DNA of 49,116 nt from Macrostomum lignano. Lineage: Eukaryota. Each line of letters begins with the position of its first letter. Positions within the stretch are counted from its first letter, which is position 1. A program made the translations under genes and the position numbers. The notes beneath the pieces are model-generated. The model did not search any database. It had not been told where the DNA came from and was given only the letters and a program-made list of their open reading frames with translations. This document shows positions 11,372-23,830 of the stretch, in pieces. Where the stretch lies: assembly GCA_002269645.1 (NCBI GenBank), contig NIVC01004354.1, positions 1 to 49,116 of the forward strand. Reading direction: 5' to 3'.

Positions 11372-12135
11372 AGAATGACCGACAACCTGATTGTTTCTGA
11401 AATGACCGACAACCTGATTGTTTCTGAAATGACCGACAACCTGAGGGTTTCTGAAATGACCGACAACCTGACGGTTTCTGAAATGACCGACAACCTGACG
11501 GTTTCTGAAATGACCGACAACCTGAGGGTTTCTGAAATGACCGACAACCTGACGGTTTCTGAAATGACCGACAACCTGACGGTTTCTGAAATGACCGACA
11601 ACCTGAGGGTTTCTGAAATGACCGACAACCTGACGGTTTCTGAAATGACCGACAACCTGAGGGTTTCTGAAATGACCGACAACCTGAGGGTTTCTGAAAT
11701 GACCGACAACCTGAGGGTTTCTGAAATGACCGACAACCTGAGGGTTTCTGAAATGACCGACAACCTGACGGTTTCTGAAATGACCGACAACCTGAGGGTT
11801 TCTGAAATGACCGACAACCTGAGGGTTTCTGAAATGACCGACAACCTGAGGGTTTCTGAAATGACCGACAACCTGAGGGTTTCTGAAATGACCGACAACC
11901 TGAGGGTTTCTGAAATGACCGACAACCTGAGGGTTTCTGAAATGACCGACAACCTGAGGGTTTCTGAAATGACCGACAACCTGAGGGTTTCTGAAATGAC
12001 TGATAAACCAGAGGGTTTCTGAAATGACCGACAACCTGACGGTTTCTGAAATGACCGACAACCTGAGGGCGTCTAAAGTGACTGATAAACCAGAGGGTGT
12101 CCAAAATGACCAGAAAGTGTCCAAAATGACTGATA
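11372..12135. repeat. 27-bp minisatellite (ctgaaatgaccgacaacctgagggttt)
   Basis: About 26 near-identical copies; open in several frames (artefact ORFs). Confidence 0.97.
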
Positions 12136-13356
12136 ATTTTCGAATTTTACCATCATCACAGATCACAAGCCTCTGATCCCGCTTTTTAAGCCGGGTTCAC
12201 GGTTGGCGCCGAGAATTGAGCGCCATCTTCAGATCAAACTCGAATGCCGGCCCGGCGCATCAAACCCGTCAGATCTTCTGAGCCGACAGCCGATGCCAAC
12301 AGATCTGTCTCGCGCTATGGGTGAAGCTCTGGACGCCGCCTACATCTGGACGCGGCCTATCTCTAGAAGACTTGAAAAGAGCCACTAGAAGCGACATGGA
12401 TATCCAGGCTGCCATCACCGGCATCAAGACGCGGCATTGGAACCAGCACAGCAGCACGCCAGCTGTCAGAAAGCGATCGCTGTGCCTTCATCGCTGCGGT
12501 GGCAGGTCTCAGCATTGGCACACACTGGACATCTCAGCGTCGAACTACAGCGGCTGCAGACCAAGGTGTGGTGGCCAGGGGTTCGAGCTTGTCTGCCATG
12601 TCAGGCCATATTCCACGCCGCTGAGGCCTACAGAGATCCCGGACGGAGCCTGGCTCCAACTAGGAATGGATTTCTATGGGCCCATCCACGGGTCTGTCAC
12701 GTGTCGTTATGACGGATCTGCTTTCTACTCGTAAGCACCCTGAAATCAACTACTGTACGTCAGCTCGACATCGGCAGCAGCGGTTATTCCTCACATAAGA
12801 CAGCCCTTCGCCCGCCACGGTGTCCCGCTAGAGCCGATCACTGGCAAAACCCAAGCCGCCTTTCTGCTCGCATGAGTTTCGCGACTTCCTGACCTCGTAC
12901 GGCGTCAGGCATCGCCTCACCTACACGCTGCATCCCGAAGCCAACGGAGCCACCGAACGCGTCAATCGCTCAGTGAAAAAAGTTGTCAGAGGCGCGCTGG
13001 CTGACGGTCGCTGCTAGAAAGAGGCGCTGGATGAGGGGCTCCTCGCATTCCGGGTGATGTCGCACAGAGCTACAGGTAAAGCACCGGCTGAACTTCTGAT
13101 AGGGTCGCAGAGTCAACGACGTCATTCCATCGGTCAGACCATCACGTCGGGCCAGCTGGTCTACCGGCGACATCAAGAACTGGCACAATCGCTACAACGA
13201 CAACATGAAGGCCGGCTTCGACAAGACTAATCGAGTTCTACAGCACAGCATCCGGCCAAGGGAACGAGTTCTTCGGCGGCAGAACAAGTCTAAACTGCGC
13301 ACCCCGTTCGAACTGGAACCGTGGGTGATCCAATCCGTCAAAGGCAACTCTGCATA
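12135..13356 (+). mobile_element. Decayed Ty3/Gypsy LTR-retrotransposon pol fragment (RNase H C-terminus to integrase)
   Basis: Across frameshifts: FTIITDHKPL, PGASNPSDLLSR, AHTGHL...VWWPG...CLPCQ (zinc finger), WLQLGMDFYGP, HPEANGATERVNRSVKK, TGKAPAELL. Stops and indels present; no LTRs seen. Confidence 0.88.
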
Positions 13357-13489
13357 AGTTAGCCCTGCTCAGTGCAGGGTTAATGCCGGGACCTGTGTTT
13401 TAATCACCATGGACTGTGCGCTTAATCATAGCTATTTGGGAATTTCGTGTCTAGCCTAGCGCTATATCGCGGCATTGACTTTTTCTGCA

Positions 13490-13950
13490 GTGTCCAAAAT
13501 GACCAAAAATCTGAGGGTTTTCAAAGTGATATACAATTCGAAGCATGAATGATCCACATCCTGAGGCATGAATGACCGACATCCTGAGGCATGAATGACC
13601 CACATTTTGAGGCATTAATGACCGAAATTCCGAGGAATGAATGACCGACATCCTGAGGCATGAATGACCGACATTCTGACACATGAATGACCGATATTCT
13701 GAGGCATGAATGACCGACATTCGGAGGCATGAATGGCCGAAATTCTGAGGCATGAATGACCGACATTCTGAAGCATGAATGACCGACATTCGGAGGCATG
13801 AATGACCGAAATTCTGAGGCATGAATGACCGACATTCTGAAGCATGAATGACCGACATCCTGAGGCATGAATGACCCACACTCTGAGGCATGAATGACCG
13901 ACATTCTGAGGCATGAATGACAGACATTCTGAAGCATGAATGACCAACAG
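13490..13950. repeat. 23-bp minisatellite (ctgaggcatgaatgaccgacatt)
   Basis: About 18 variable copies. Confidence 0.95.
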
Positions 13951-14587
13951 ACTGAGAGGCGTGTCCTATGATGTTTGTAGGAATCGATTATAGCATAGTA
14001 GATACGTATAACGCGAACTAATACAGTACTCCTTGGTTCTCAAAGTGTGTAATGAACTCCAGTTAGTTTGCTAGTAAATCATATCTTATCTAAATTGTAC
14101 ATGTAAATGAATTTCGTTGAATTCGAATGAATCTAATTAAAATGTGTTGTTATCCCCTTATTTTGCCCGCGGATTTCGATGCAAGTGGGATTGATCTACC
14201 CTAATTTCTATTGTAAGCAGATTTTGAACCGGTTATTTCAGGTCACAGACTCAATCAGCTTGACCTTAGCGAAGTCAAACAACTGCAAAGCGAAGTCCCC
14301 AGCGGGACAGACAGATTTATCCCAATTCTCCCCAACCTGCGGCCCGACCCGAAGAAGCCAACAGAGGCAGACCGGCTGTGTCAACAGGTTTGAAAATCTG
14401 TCCGCTGCCAAAATTAGAAATTGAAGAAAGCTCGGTCGCTATGGGAAGCTGAAATTGTCAGCAGTGAGGCCCTGTCCGCTCGAATTTCCGTTTCAGCGCA
14501 GGGAGTCGCCAAATGCGAAGGCTGTCTGAGCTGCTGCAAGATTTACAGGAAATTGTGCGCTGGCGTCTTTCAGATGAACCTTGTCAA

Positions 14588-15250
14588 GGACTGTGCGCTT
14601 AATCATAGACTGTGCGCTTAATCATGGACTGCGCGCTTAATCATGGACTATGTGCTTTTATCATGGACGGTGCGCTTAATCATGGATGTGCGATTAATCA
14701 CGGACTATGCGCTTTATCACGGACTGTGCGCTTAATCATGGACTGTGCGCTTAATCATGGACTGCGCGCTTAATCAAGACTGTACGCTTAATCATGGACT
14801 GCGCGCTTAATCATGGAGTGCGCGCTTAATCGTGGACTGTGCGCTTAATCATGGACTGCGCGCTTAATCATAGACGGCGCGCTTAATCATCGACTGTGCG
14901 CTTAATCATGGACTGTGTGCATAATCACAGACTGAGTGCTTAATCATGGACTATGTGCTTTTATCATGGACGGTGCGCTTAATCATGGACTGTGCGCTTA
15001 ATCACGGACTGTGTGCTTAATCATGGACGGTGCGCTTAATCATGGACTGTGCGCTTAATCACGGACTGTGTGCTTAATCATGAACGGTGCGCTTAATCAT
15101 GGACTGTGTGCTTAATCATGGACCGTGCGCTTAATCGTGGACTGTGCGCTTAATCGTGGACTGTGCGCTTAATCATGGACTGTGCGCTTAATCATGGACG
15201 GTGCGCTTAATCATGGACTGTGGGCTTAATCATGGACTGTGCGCTTTATC
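14588..15250. repeat. 19-bp minisatellite (ggactgtgcgcttaatcat)
   Basis: About 35 variable copies. Confidence 0.96.
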
Positions 15251-15804
15251 AGTCAGTGAATCAACTGAGTTTGTGTCTGCAACGCAGAAGAAGCTCCTGT
15301 TTCCTGTTCCTGCCACAAAAATAAAGCAGAGCTTTTAATATATATAAAATAATTAAATTTCGCATCCGCCATTAGCCGGAGTGATTGACAGGCAAACAAA
15401 TAAGGTTTAACAGCTTTTGCACGATGATTGAATTGAACTTATTGAACTGATTTTAATTAACAGACCATTTTTAGTATATAGTATATGGTTTCAGCGCTAG
15501 TAAAAAAAGTACTGTAAGCATACATTCTACTTGCTAGTAGTATGACGAAAATTTTCTTTCCAATGATCATCAGCTATTTTCCCAATGCCAAAAATTAGCT
15601 TTGTTAGTATAATTGAATGATTTTCCAACAGAAACTTCAAGTCCGAGTCTCAAATCTGATTTCAACTGAGTCGATGAAGTCAACTTGCATAGTTGGCCGA
15701 TTGGAGCCTGATATGCTTTATAAATAAAATTGACTAAAAATTTTATTTATAAAGCATAAATAATAAAAATTTAGAATTTTTTAGAGAAATTCTGCCAATC
15801 CAAT

Positions 15805-16295
15805 TCTGTCACACAGAGACAGCACACAGACACAGCGACAGTCCCGAGACACCACAGAGACAGAACACAGACAGAACACAGACAGCACACAGACAGCACA
15901 CAGGCAGCACACAACACGGGCAGCACACAGACAGCACACGGCCAGCACACAGACAGCACACGGGCAGCACACAGACAACACACAGGCAGCACACAGGCAG
16001 CACACAGACAGCACACAACACGGGCAGCACACAGACAACACACAGGCAGCACACAGGCAGCACACAGACAGCACACAGACAGCACACAGGCAGCATACAG
16101 GCAGCATACAGGCAGCATACAGGCAGCATACAGGCAGCACACAGACAACACACAGGCAGCACACAGAAAGCACACAGACAGCACACAGACAGCACACAGG
16201 CAGCACACAGGCAGCATACAGGCAGCATACAGGCAGCATACAGGCAGCATACAGGCAGCACACAGACAACACACAGGCCCCACAGAGACAGTCCC
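15805..16295. repeat. 11-bp minisatellite (cagcacacagg/a)
   Basis: Directly visible; source of the Cys/Val-rich artefact ORFs. Confidence 0.93.
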
Positions 16296-16962
16296 GTGTG
16301 GGCTAAAGAAAAGTGCCAAGGACCAGCGCCCGAACAAATTGTCCCCAATATGGGATTATCTGGCTGTCTCGAGTAGAGGAAACAAGAAGAAAGAAGAAAG
16401 AAAGAACGAGCAGCACATAATTTGCGTGCGCGATGCCCCTGCGAGTTAAATAATTTATGGCCGAACGAAGTCCGGTGGATGGCCGCCGATCCCCCGTGTG
16501 CTGCTCCTCCGCAGTAGCGGCCGATACTCTCCGAGATTTCAGCCCAAGCAACACGGACTGAGGGTCTGGCACGCGCCGCGTGTGCACCTCTTCGCGGACA
16601 CCGCTGCTTCCAATAATCCTTCCTTATCAATTCTACTATTCCTATGCTACTGAAGAAAACTTCTGGCTTCCCCACCATCTATATACCGGTAGGCCGTCGA
16701 TTTGTTTACTTACTGTTGCCGGGGCAGTGAGCTTATCGCACCATCTGAATTATGCAACACTCTTCTGACGGCTCAGCAGCTCTCGCAATCTGAGGCTACA
16801 GAGCTCACCAAACTGACTCAGTCCTGAGCTCATTCTATCTTGTTACTATTTGCTATTGGTACAGTGAATGGAAGGTTGCCAGGTGTGCAGGTAGGAATTG
16901 CTGAAGTTGACACTGGTAAATAACTTTTGGAAACTCTTGGAAACCTTTCTTAAAATTGAATA

Positions 16963-17265
16963 ATAAAAATTGATTACACCTGCCCAATAGGGCCAGATCT
17001 GCAACCGACAGCTCAACCGCCGCAGCTATTGCGCGGCGCATCTGAAGGCTGCGTACGGCTGTTCAGTCCAAGGACTGGCGGGGTCGCCACACACATCCTC
17101 AATTACCCCAGCTAATGCTGGCACCCATTTTACAGCTGGGTGAACTGAAGCAATGCAGAGTTAAGTGTCTTGCTCAAGGACACAAATTGTTCCAGTGGGA
17201 TCGGGAATCGAACCCCCGGCCATCAAGTCGTGAGTCCGACGCTCTAACCACTAGGCTAGAGCCCC
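16963..17265 (-). mobile_element. Full-length tRNA-derived CORE-type SINE with 12-bp target-site duplication
   Basis: Minus strand: GGGGCTCTAGCCTAGTGG (A box), GGTTCGATTCC (B box), then TGTGTCCTTGAGCAAGACACTTAAC...CTGTAAAATGGG (CORE-like) and an AT-rich tail. TAAAATTGAATA lies at 16951-16962 and 17266-17277. Confidence 0.9.
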
Positions 17266-17899
17266 TAAAATTGAATACAATAAATAAGAAATGGATAAAG
17301 CGCTTGTGAGAACCAACGCATGTATGAAATGCGCCTGCAGACCCCTCTTTACAAGATTCCCAACTATGGCAGCCATCGTAATTTCCTGATACAGGTGGAA
17401 CCCAGTGCTGAGACTATTCAGACAGACTATTCAGACAGTTGTGTACTAACCGTGACCAAATCTGCTTAACTGACGAGAATTCAGTGAAGACAATTTGTTG
17501 TCAAGTAACTTTGGTGCATGTTGTAGGTGCTAGTAAACAATAGCGTAGTCTAAATTCTACATTTTTGTTGAGTGCCGAAAATATGCATGACTCTAAACTT
17601 GTCAGTGGTGTTCTCCAAAACAGCAGGTTACGTAGGAAATTTTTGACACGGTTTTGACACACGAGTCAGTGAACATGTATGTTCTTCAAGACGCGTGATT
17701 TCTTGGCACCAAAATAGTATGGTTACAGCCCATTTGGGATTACGCGCATTTTAATTAATCCACGAAATGTTTTACCAATGTAATGGAGCTTTTGTCTATG
17801 GTATAAGGCTTGCACAGCGGCATCTAATTTGGTCCATAGCTTTATTTGCAACTGCTGCGGAGGAGCAACATCAGCCCCAGAATTGTGGACCATATGCTA

Positions 17900-18420
17900 G
17901 ACTGTTGAACGAATGCCATTGGCTTGCGATCGAAGCACTCAACAGAGGTGAACACCCAGAGGACACTGCAAGGTTGCTGAATGTAAAAGAAAAGATGCTT
18001 TACAGAGCATCCATCAGCGCTCCATTGAAATCGCTGCCGGCAGAAATTGCCTGCGAAAGGGTGGAAATCGCCAAGGCAAGTTGCTCGAGAGCCTCAAGTC
18101 CAACTGCTACTCGACGCAATTGAGACGAACCCTTTGTTCACGTTGCAGAAAATGCAGCAGAATTTGAAGCAACAGTTCCAGATTTCGACCATCAGCAGAG
18201 CTCTGTAAGCGACTGAAATTGTTGGTATGTAGAGAAGGCAATTGAGTTTCCCGAATGGCTCGCGAGCGTTTGGACCAAATTGATGCATGTTGGACCAACT
18301 TAACTGCCGCAGTCCCAGCCTTGCTACCATAGACAAAGGCTCCATTGCATTGGCGAACGTATCTTGGATTAAATTCAATGCGCGCAGGTCCAAATGGGCT
18401 GCAAAAGCTATACTATAACT
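17900..18420 (+). mobile_element. Decayed IS630-Tc1-mariner-like transposase N-terminal (HTH) fragment
   Basis: Joining frames gives EALNRGEHPEDTARLLNVK...KGGNRQGKL...QVQLLLDAIETNPLFTLQKMQQNLKQQFQISTISRAL, like the paired HTH region of ITm transposases. Several stops. Confidence 0.45.
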
Positions 18421-18899
18421 GTACTTTTCTATATTATATCATACGATTCGGCCATCTTTGGTGGGGGGCTTTCTTAATTCGGTCACAAATTATAGCCAGT
18501 ACAAGCTATTTTGGCAGAATTCATATTTTTTTCAATTTTTCCAGTCGCGGCAGATGCATCGCGTACTTTAATACTCACACGAGAGCTGCATTGGGGGGGG
18601 GGTTGATCAGCATGGACGAATGCATGGGCGGACAGAAGCTTTCAGGATGGTAATTTTGCTAAAAGCTGCAGCTGATGGCCGTGGGGGAGATTCTTGTAGC
18701 TTTAATCACTAGCTATGAGATCGTTTTTTTCATTTGCAGCGAAGGAATTTCTGTGTTGGCTGTAGTACGAGCTATTGATAGCATCATGACTCTTGTACAG
18801 CAATCCGTCGGTGTAATGTCGGTCAATTGGTTCACTGAGGGCCGTTCGATGCTGTCGGAAATCCAGGTGCCAGGCGACTAGCGAGGGGGCAAACTGTCA

Positions 18900-19300
18900 G
18901 GCCCATTCAGCTGACCCCTGAGCAATCAGCTGACACCTGAGGGGGCACCGGGCATCCGGATACAGCGTGGAGGAGTCGCCAGGGGTCCGCTAACCTCTGG
19001 CGGCATTCACAGATGAATTAATCCGCATTCTCAACACCGGAGAGGCAGAATGGGCATTCCTCGCTTCGGAATTTCTCCAGGAGGTGACGATGCCTGGCAA
19101 AACAGCCATGACCCGAGAGGGCCATGGTCACCGCCCTGAAGTTCCTGCGGTTGAGTCCAAGCAGGGGCTGACCACTGAGCGCGCTTTCACAGAGTGCACA
19201 GCGGCCCTGATCACCTGGCATGTACGCTCTCTGTGCCTCGGGGGCTGGCCCTCGTGGCTGTGAATCGCAGGACAACCCCGCGGTCAATTTTGGTGCACAC
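18900..19300 (-). mobile_element. Decayed non-LTR retrotransposon 3' end (CCHC zinc knuckle, R1/LOA-like)
   Basis: LNRRNFRAVTMALSGHGCFARHRH...SEECPFCLSGVENAD*FICEC; the His codon position is a TAA. Confidence 0.7.
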
Positions 19301-20489
19301 CACACGAGTTAGGCATTGTGACTCATTCTACCCTCACTGGGTCGATTGCTGTTAGTTGGCACTTTCAAAACAGCAGCAGGATCCTTTTAGATTAGGATTC
19401 CAAGCTGAGGAAGTTGAGGATTGCTGGCCAACCCCAGAGGCCAGAGTTAATAAACAATGCGCATTTAAACCGTCGGAGTGTTCTAAGGAAGCTGGGCCTG
19501 AGGCTGAAGATAACGGACGTGCGGTATTGTTTTCCTCTGCTATTTCTGCCTATTATGCAATAGTTCTTTCTGACCCGCTTCTCTCCTTATCTAATGTACA
19601 TTTATTGATTTAATTATCGATCGCAACCCACCTTACCCTCTCCACCTTTCTAGCCCGTCTCATCCATTGGAACTGAATCGTTAAATTTAATATTAAACAT
19701 TAAATCATTAAACAGAGAAGAGAGAGGAGACGAGAGGAGAGAGACGCATGCTGAGAAGAGACGCAACTTTTGAGCGGGCCGGATTGGTGTTTTGAAGTTT
19801 AAAAAGGACCCAAAGTTTCTGGGTGGAAACTCTCCCATGTTGCTGAGTGTATCAGCATTATGCCTACTCAATATGGGACTCTCTCCTGGTCTGGGATGGG
19901 ACGAGTTGATGACCTCTCTGACTGCTCTCTCTTTTACTTTCGAATCTACGAATTGAAGTAATAAAGCCTTGGTATTAGTAAGTAGTTTTAGACTTCCAGA
20001 TAGACCACGAAATGATCGAGTTGCTCCAGATTTTCTGCGTGATTACTGAAATTAATGAGTACTCAGTCACATAAAATTACAGACCCGGGTGAGGCTAAAA
20101 ATTGATTAAATTAATTATTATCCAACTTACTCTGCTGTTAGCTATTCTCAAAATTCTTTATCTCAGTGTCTGTTCTGACAGTGATAAATAGCCAATGGCA
20201 GTTCCATCTTGGAATAAAATGCGGGGGGATAATTGCTGGATTGGCATTCACCATGGGATTATTTGATTGGCCACAGAACTAAAGAGAATTTATGATGAAT
20301 TTATCTAGCAGGAAATGGGTTGCTTGGCTCCTGGGTTGCTTGCTTTACAATTAGTTTAGTCTTTGCTCAATAATTTAACCTTTTCTTTTGCCTGAAGTTT
20401 GTTTCATGACAGCAAGAGTGAGTTTTAGCGAATAAGGGTGAATAAATAGGGAGAATTATTAACAGTGAGCACTAATGGGAATAAGGGAG

Positions 20490-21800
20490 AGTGTGAATCA
20501 GGATTAGAAAGTGTGAATGATGATTGGAGAGTGTGAATGAAGATCGGAGAGTGTGAATGAAGATCGGAGAGTGTGAATGAAGATCGGAGAGTGTGAATGA
20601 AGATCGGAGAGTGTGAATGAAGATCGGTGAGTGTGAATGAAGATCGGAGAGTGTGAATGAAGATCGGTGAGTGTGAATGAAGATCGGAGAGTGTGAATGA
20701 AGATCGAAGAGTGTGAATAAAGATCGGTGAGTGTGAATAAAGATCGGAGAGTGTGAATGAAGATCGGTGAGTGTGAATGAAGATCGAAGAGTGTGAATAA
20801 AGATCGGTGAGTGTGAATGAAAATCGGAGAGTGTGAATGAAGATCGGAGAGTGTGAATGAAGATCTGAAGATCGGTGAGTGTGAATGAAGATCGGTGAGT
20901 GTGAATGAAGATCGGAGAGTGTGAATGAAGATCGAAGAGTGTGAATAAAGATCGGTGAGTGTGAATAAAGATCGGAGAGTGTGAATGAAAATCGGAGAGT
21001 GTGAATGAAGATCGGAGAGTGTGAATGAAGATCTGAAGATCGGTGAGTGTGAATGAAGATCGGTGAGTGTGAATGAAGATCGGAGAGTGTGAATGAAGAT
21101 CGGAGAGTGTGAATGAAGATCGGAGAGTGTGAATGAAGATCGAAGAGTGTGAATAAAGATCGGTGAGTGTGAATAAAGATCGGAGAGTGTGAATGAAGAT
21201 CGGTGAGTGTGAATGAAGATCGAAGAGTGTGAATAAAGATCGGTGAGTGTGAATGAAAATCGGAGAGTGTGAATGAAGATCGGAGAGTGTGAATGAAGAT
21301 CTGAAGATCGGTGAGTGTGAATGAAGATCGGTGAGTGTGAATGAAGATCGGAGAGTGTGAATGAAGATCGAAGAGTGTGAATAAAGATCGGTGAGTGTGA
21401 ATAAAGATCGGAGAGTGTGAATGAAAATCGGAGAGTGTGAATGAAGATCGGTGAGTGTGAATGAAGATCTGAAGATCGGTGAGTGTGAATGAAGATCGGT
21501 GAGTGTGAATGAAGATCGGAGAGTGTGAATGAAGATCGGAGAGTGTGAATGAAGATCGGAGAGTGTGAATGAAGATCGGTGAGTGTGAATGAAGATCGGT
21601 GAGTGTGAATGAAGATCGGAGAGTGTGAATGAAGATCGGAGAGTGTGAATGAAGATCGGAGAGTGTGAATGAAGATCGGTGAGTGTGAATGAAGATCGGA
21701 GAGTGTGAATGAAGATCGGAGAGTGTGAATAAAGATCGGAGAGTGTGAATGAAGATCGGAGAGTGTGAATGAAGATCGGTGAGTGTGAATGAAGATCAGG
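20490..21800. repeat. 20-bp minisatellite (gagagtgtgaatgaagatcg), about 65 copies
   Basis: Directly visible; the 510-aa and 435-aa ORFs are mostly artefacts of it. Confidence 0.98.
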
Positions 21801-22369
21801 CAGTGTGACAAGAGTAAGCATGGACCTGATCAATTTATCTACTCCAATCCTTGCAGCCATCAAAGATTCAATTTCTTTTCCAACAGGCCAATCTACATTG
21901 CCTATAAGCCACCGCTTCTGCGCCTCAATATTGGCGTCTCTGCCTTGCCAGAACTTGGCGAATTGCTCCCGGAAGCAAAGAGCCGCCGTTCCCAAGAGAA
22001 ACAAGTCAGCGAGTTGGAAGCGACACCCTTGCTTTCTGATTAATTACAACCACAGGCACCCTGATCCGCCTCTACCGAAAATGATAACCTTGGCTTCTGC
22101 TTCTTGCACACCGGATGCGCACTCGTGCGCTGAGAAGCTGCTGGCTGGCTGAAAAATTGATCACACTCTGCCGATGCAACCCATCAGCCGTCAACAGGAA
22201 GTACCGAAGACTCGAAGAGATTCGAAATCGTTGGAATCTGCCAATCATCTGAGCACAGAGTCAGTTTTGAGCAAAGGCTTTGGACATGAAAAACTTTTTT
22301 TTGGAAAATTTAAACTTCCGAAAGGATATTGTCAAAAATATAGTGTCATAAGTATTGTGTCAGAATTTT

Positions 22370-22645
22370 AGTGTCAGCATTTTAGTGTCAGAATTTTAGT
22401 GTCAGAATTTTAGTGTCAGAATTTTAGTGTCAGAATTTTAGTGTCAGAATTTTAGTGTCAGAATTTTAGTGTCAGAAGTAAAGTGTCAGAATTTTAGTGT
22501 CAGAAGTAAAGTGTCAGAATTTAGTGTCAGAACTATAGTATCAGAAGTATAGTGTCAGAAGTATAGTGTCAGAAGTATAGTGTCAGAAGTATAGTGTCAG
22601 AAGTATAGTGTCAGAAGCATAGTGTCAGAAGTATAGTGTCAGAAT
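22370..22645. repeat. 14-bp minisatellite (gtgtcagaatttta / gtgtcagaagtata)
   Basis: About 19 copies. Confidence 0.95.
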
Positions 22646-23104
22646 TTGTGTCTTAAGTCAAGCGAGAGAATTTGGAGAGCAAAGAAAGAGAGTCAAATAG
22701 AGCGAGAGTCAGGGAGAGATGGTCAGAAGGAGAGAAAGAGTCAGGATGGAGGGCCAGATGGGATGAACAATCAGGTGTTAGGCTGGATAACTTATTTCGA
22801 CAGCAGAGCTACAAAGGTTCAGAGAAGGACAAAGGTTCAGAGTAAACCATGCAGTGTCAGGTGCAGCAAAAGAGCACACTGAGAAAAGAAAACCTCGGCA
22901 GACTACAAAGACAAACAGAGGCGGCTCAACTAAAAAGAGAATGGGAGCAGCCTGTTCCGCATCCGGTTTGTTTGCCGAGCAGGGAAGCGAGTTCGTGACC
23001 GGCTTCAGTCTTCCCTCCGAACTGCCAATAACTGATTAAACCATTTTAAGTACGCCTATTTGGGTTCAAGTAGCATATAGTTGACGATTTATTTGACACT
23101 TATG

Positions 23105-23830
23105 ACTGGGAGATGAAGACGCATAGGGGAGACTGCATGAGAGGGAGACAGAGACACAGAGGGAGAGTGCATGAGAGGGAGACAGAGACACAGGAGGGAG
23201 AGTGCATGGGAGGGAGACAGAGACACAGGAGGGAGAGTGCATGGGAGGGAGACAGAGACACAGGAGGGAGAGTGCATGGGAGGGAGACAGAGACACAGGA
23301 GGGAGAGTGCATGGGAGGGAGACAGAGACACAGGAGGGAGAGTGCATGGGAGGGAGACAGAGACACAGGAGGGAGAGTGCATGGGAGGGAGACAGAGACA
23401 CAGGAGGGAGAGTGCATGGGAGGGAGACAGAGAGACACAGGAGGGAGAGTGCATGGGAGGGAGACAGAGACACAGGAAGGAGAGTGCATGAGAGGGAGAC
23501 AGAGAGACACAGGAGGGAGAGTGCATGAGAGGGAGACAGAGAGACACAGTAGGGAGAGTGCATGAGAGGGAGACAGAGAGACACAGGAGGGAGAGTGCAT
23601 GGGAGGGAGACAGAGAGACACAGGAGGGAGAGTGCATGGGAGGGAGACAGAGACACAGGAGGGAGAGTGCATGAGAGGGAGACAGAGAGACACAGGAGGG
23701 AGAGTGCATGGGAGGGAGACAGAGAGACACAGGAGGGAGAGTGCATGGGAGGGAGACAGAGACACAGGAGGGAGAGTGCATGGGAGGGAGACAGAGAGAC
23801 ACAGGAGGGAGAGTGCATGAGAGGGAGACC
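23105..23830. repeat. 35/37-bp GA-rich minisatellite (gagacacaggagggagagtgcatgggagggagaca)
   Basis: About 20 copies. Confidence 0.96.

Noticed and set aside
13356-13382. ttagccctgc-tcagt-gcagggttaa hairpin as a piggyBac or Helitron end
   Set aside because: Too short, with no supporting second end or TSD.
14170-14585. Possible coding or retroelement fragment
   Set aside because: All frames are interrupted and no motif was recognised.
11372-15250. Regular 19-27-bp direct repeats as CRISPR arrays
   Set aside because: Units are head-to-tail with no unique spacers, there are no cas genes, and the context is eukaryotic.
16295-16620. CpG-rich patch as a promoter
   Set aside because: No adjacent gene start could be linked to it.
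17195-17265. tRNA gene
   Set aside because: Acceptor and anticodon stems are imperfect and it runs straight into a SINE body with a TSD.
17469-17495. CTGACGAG hammerhead-like start
   Set aside because: No stem II followed by GAAA.
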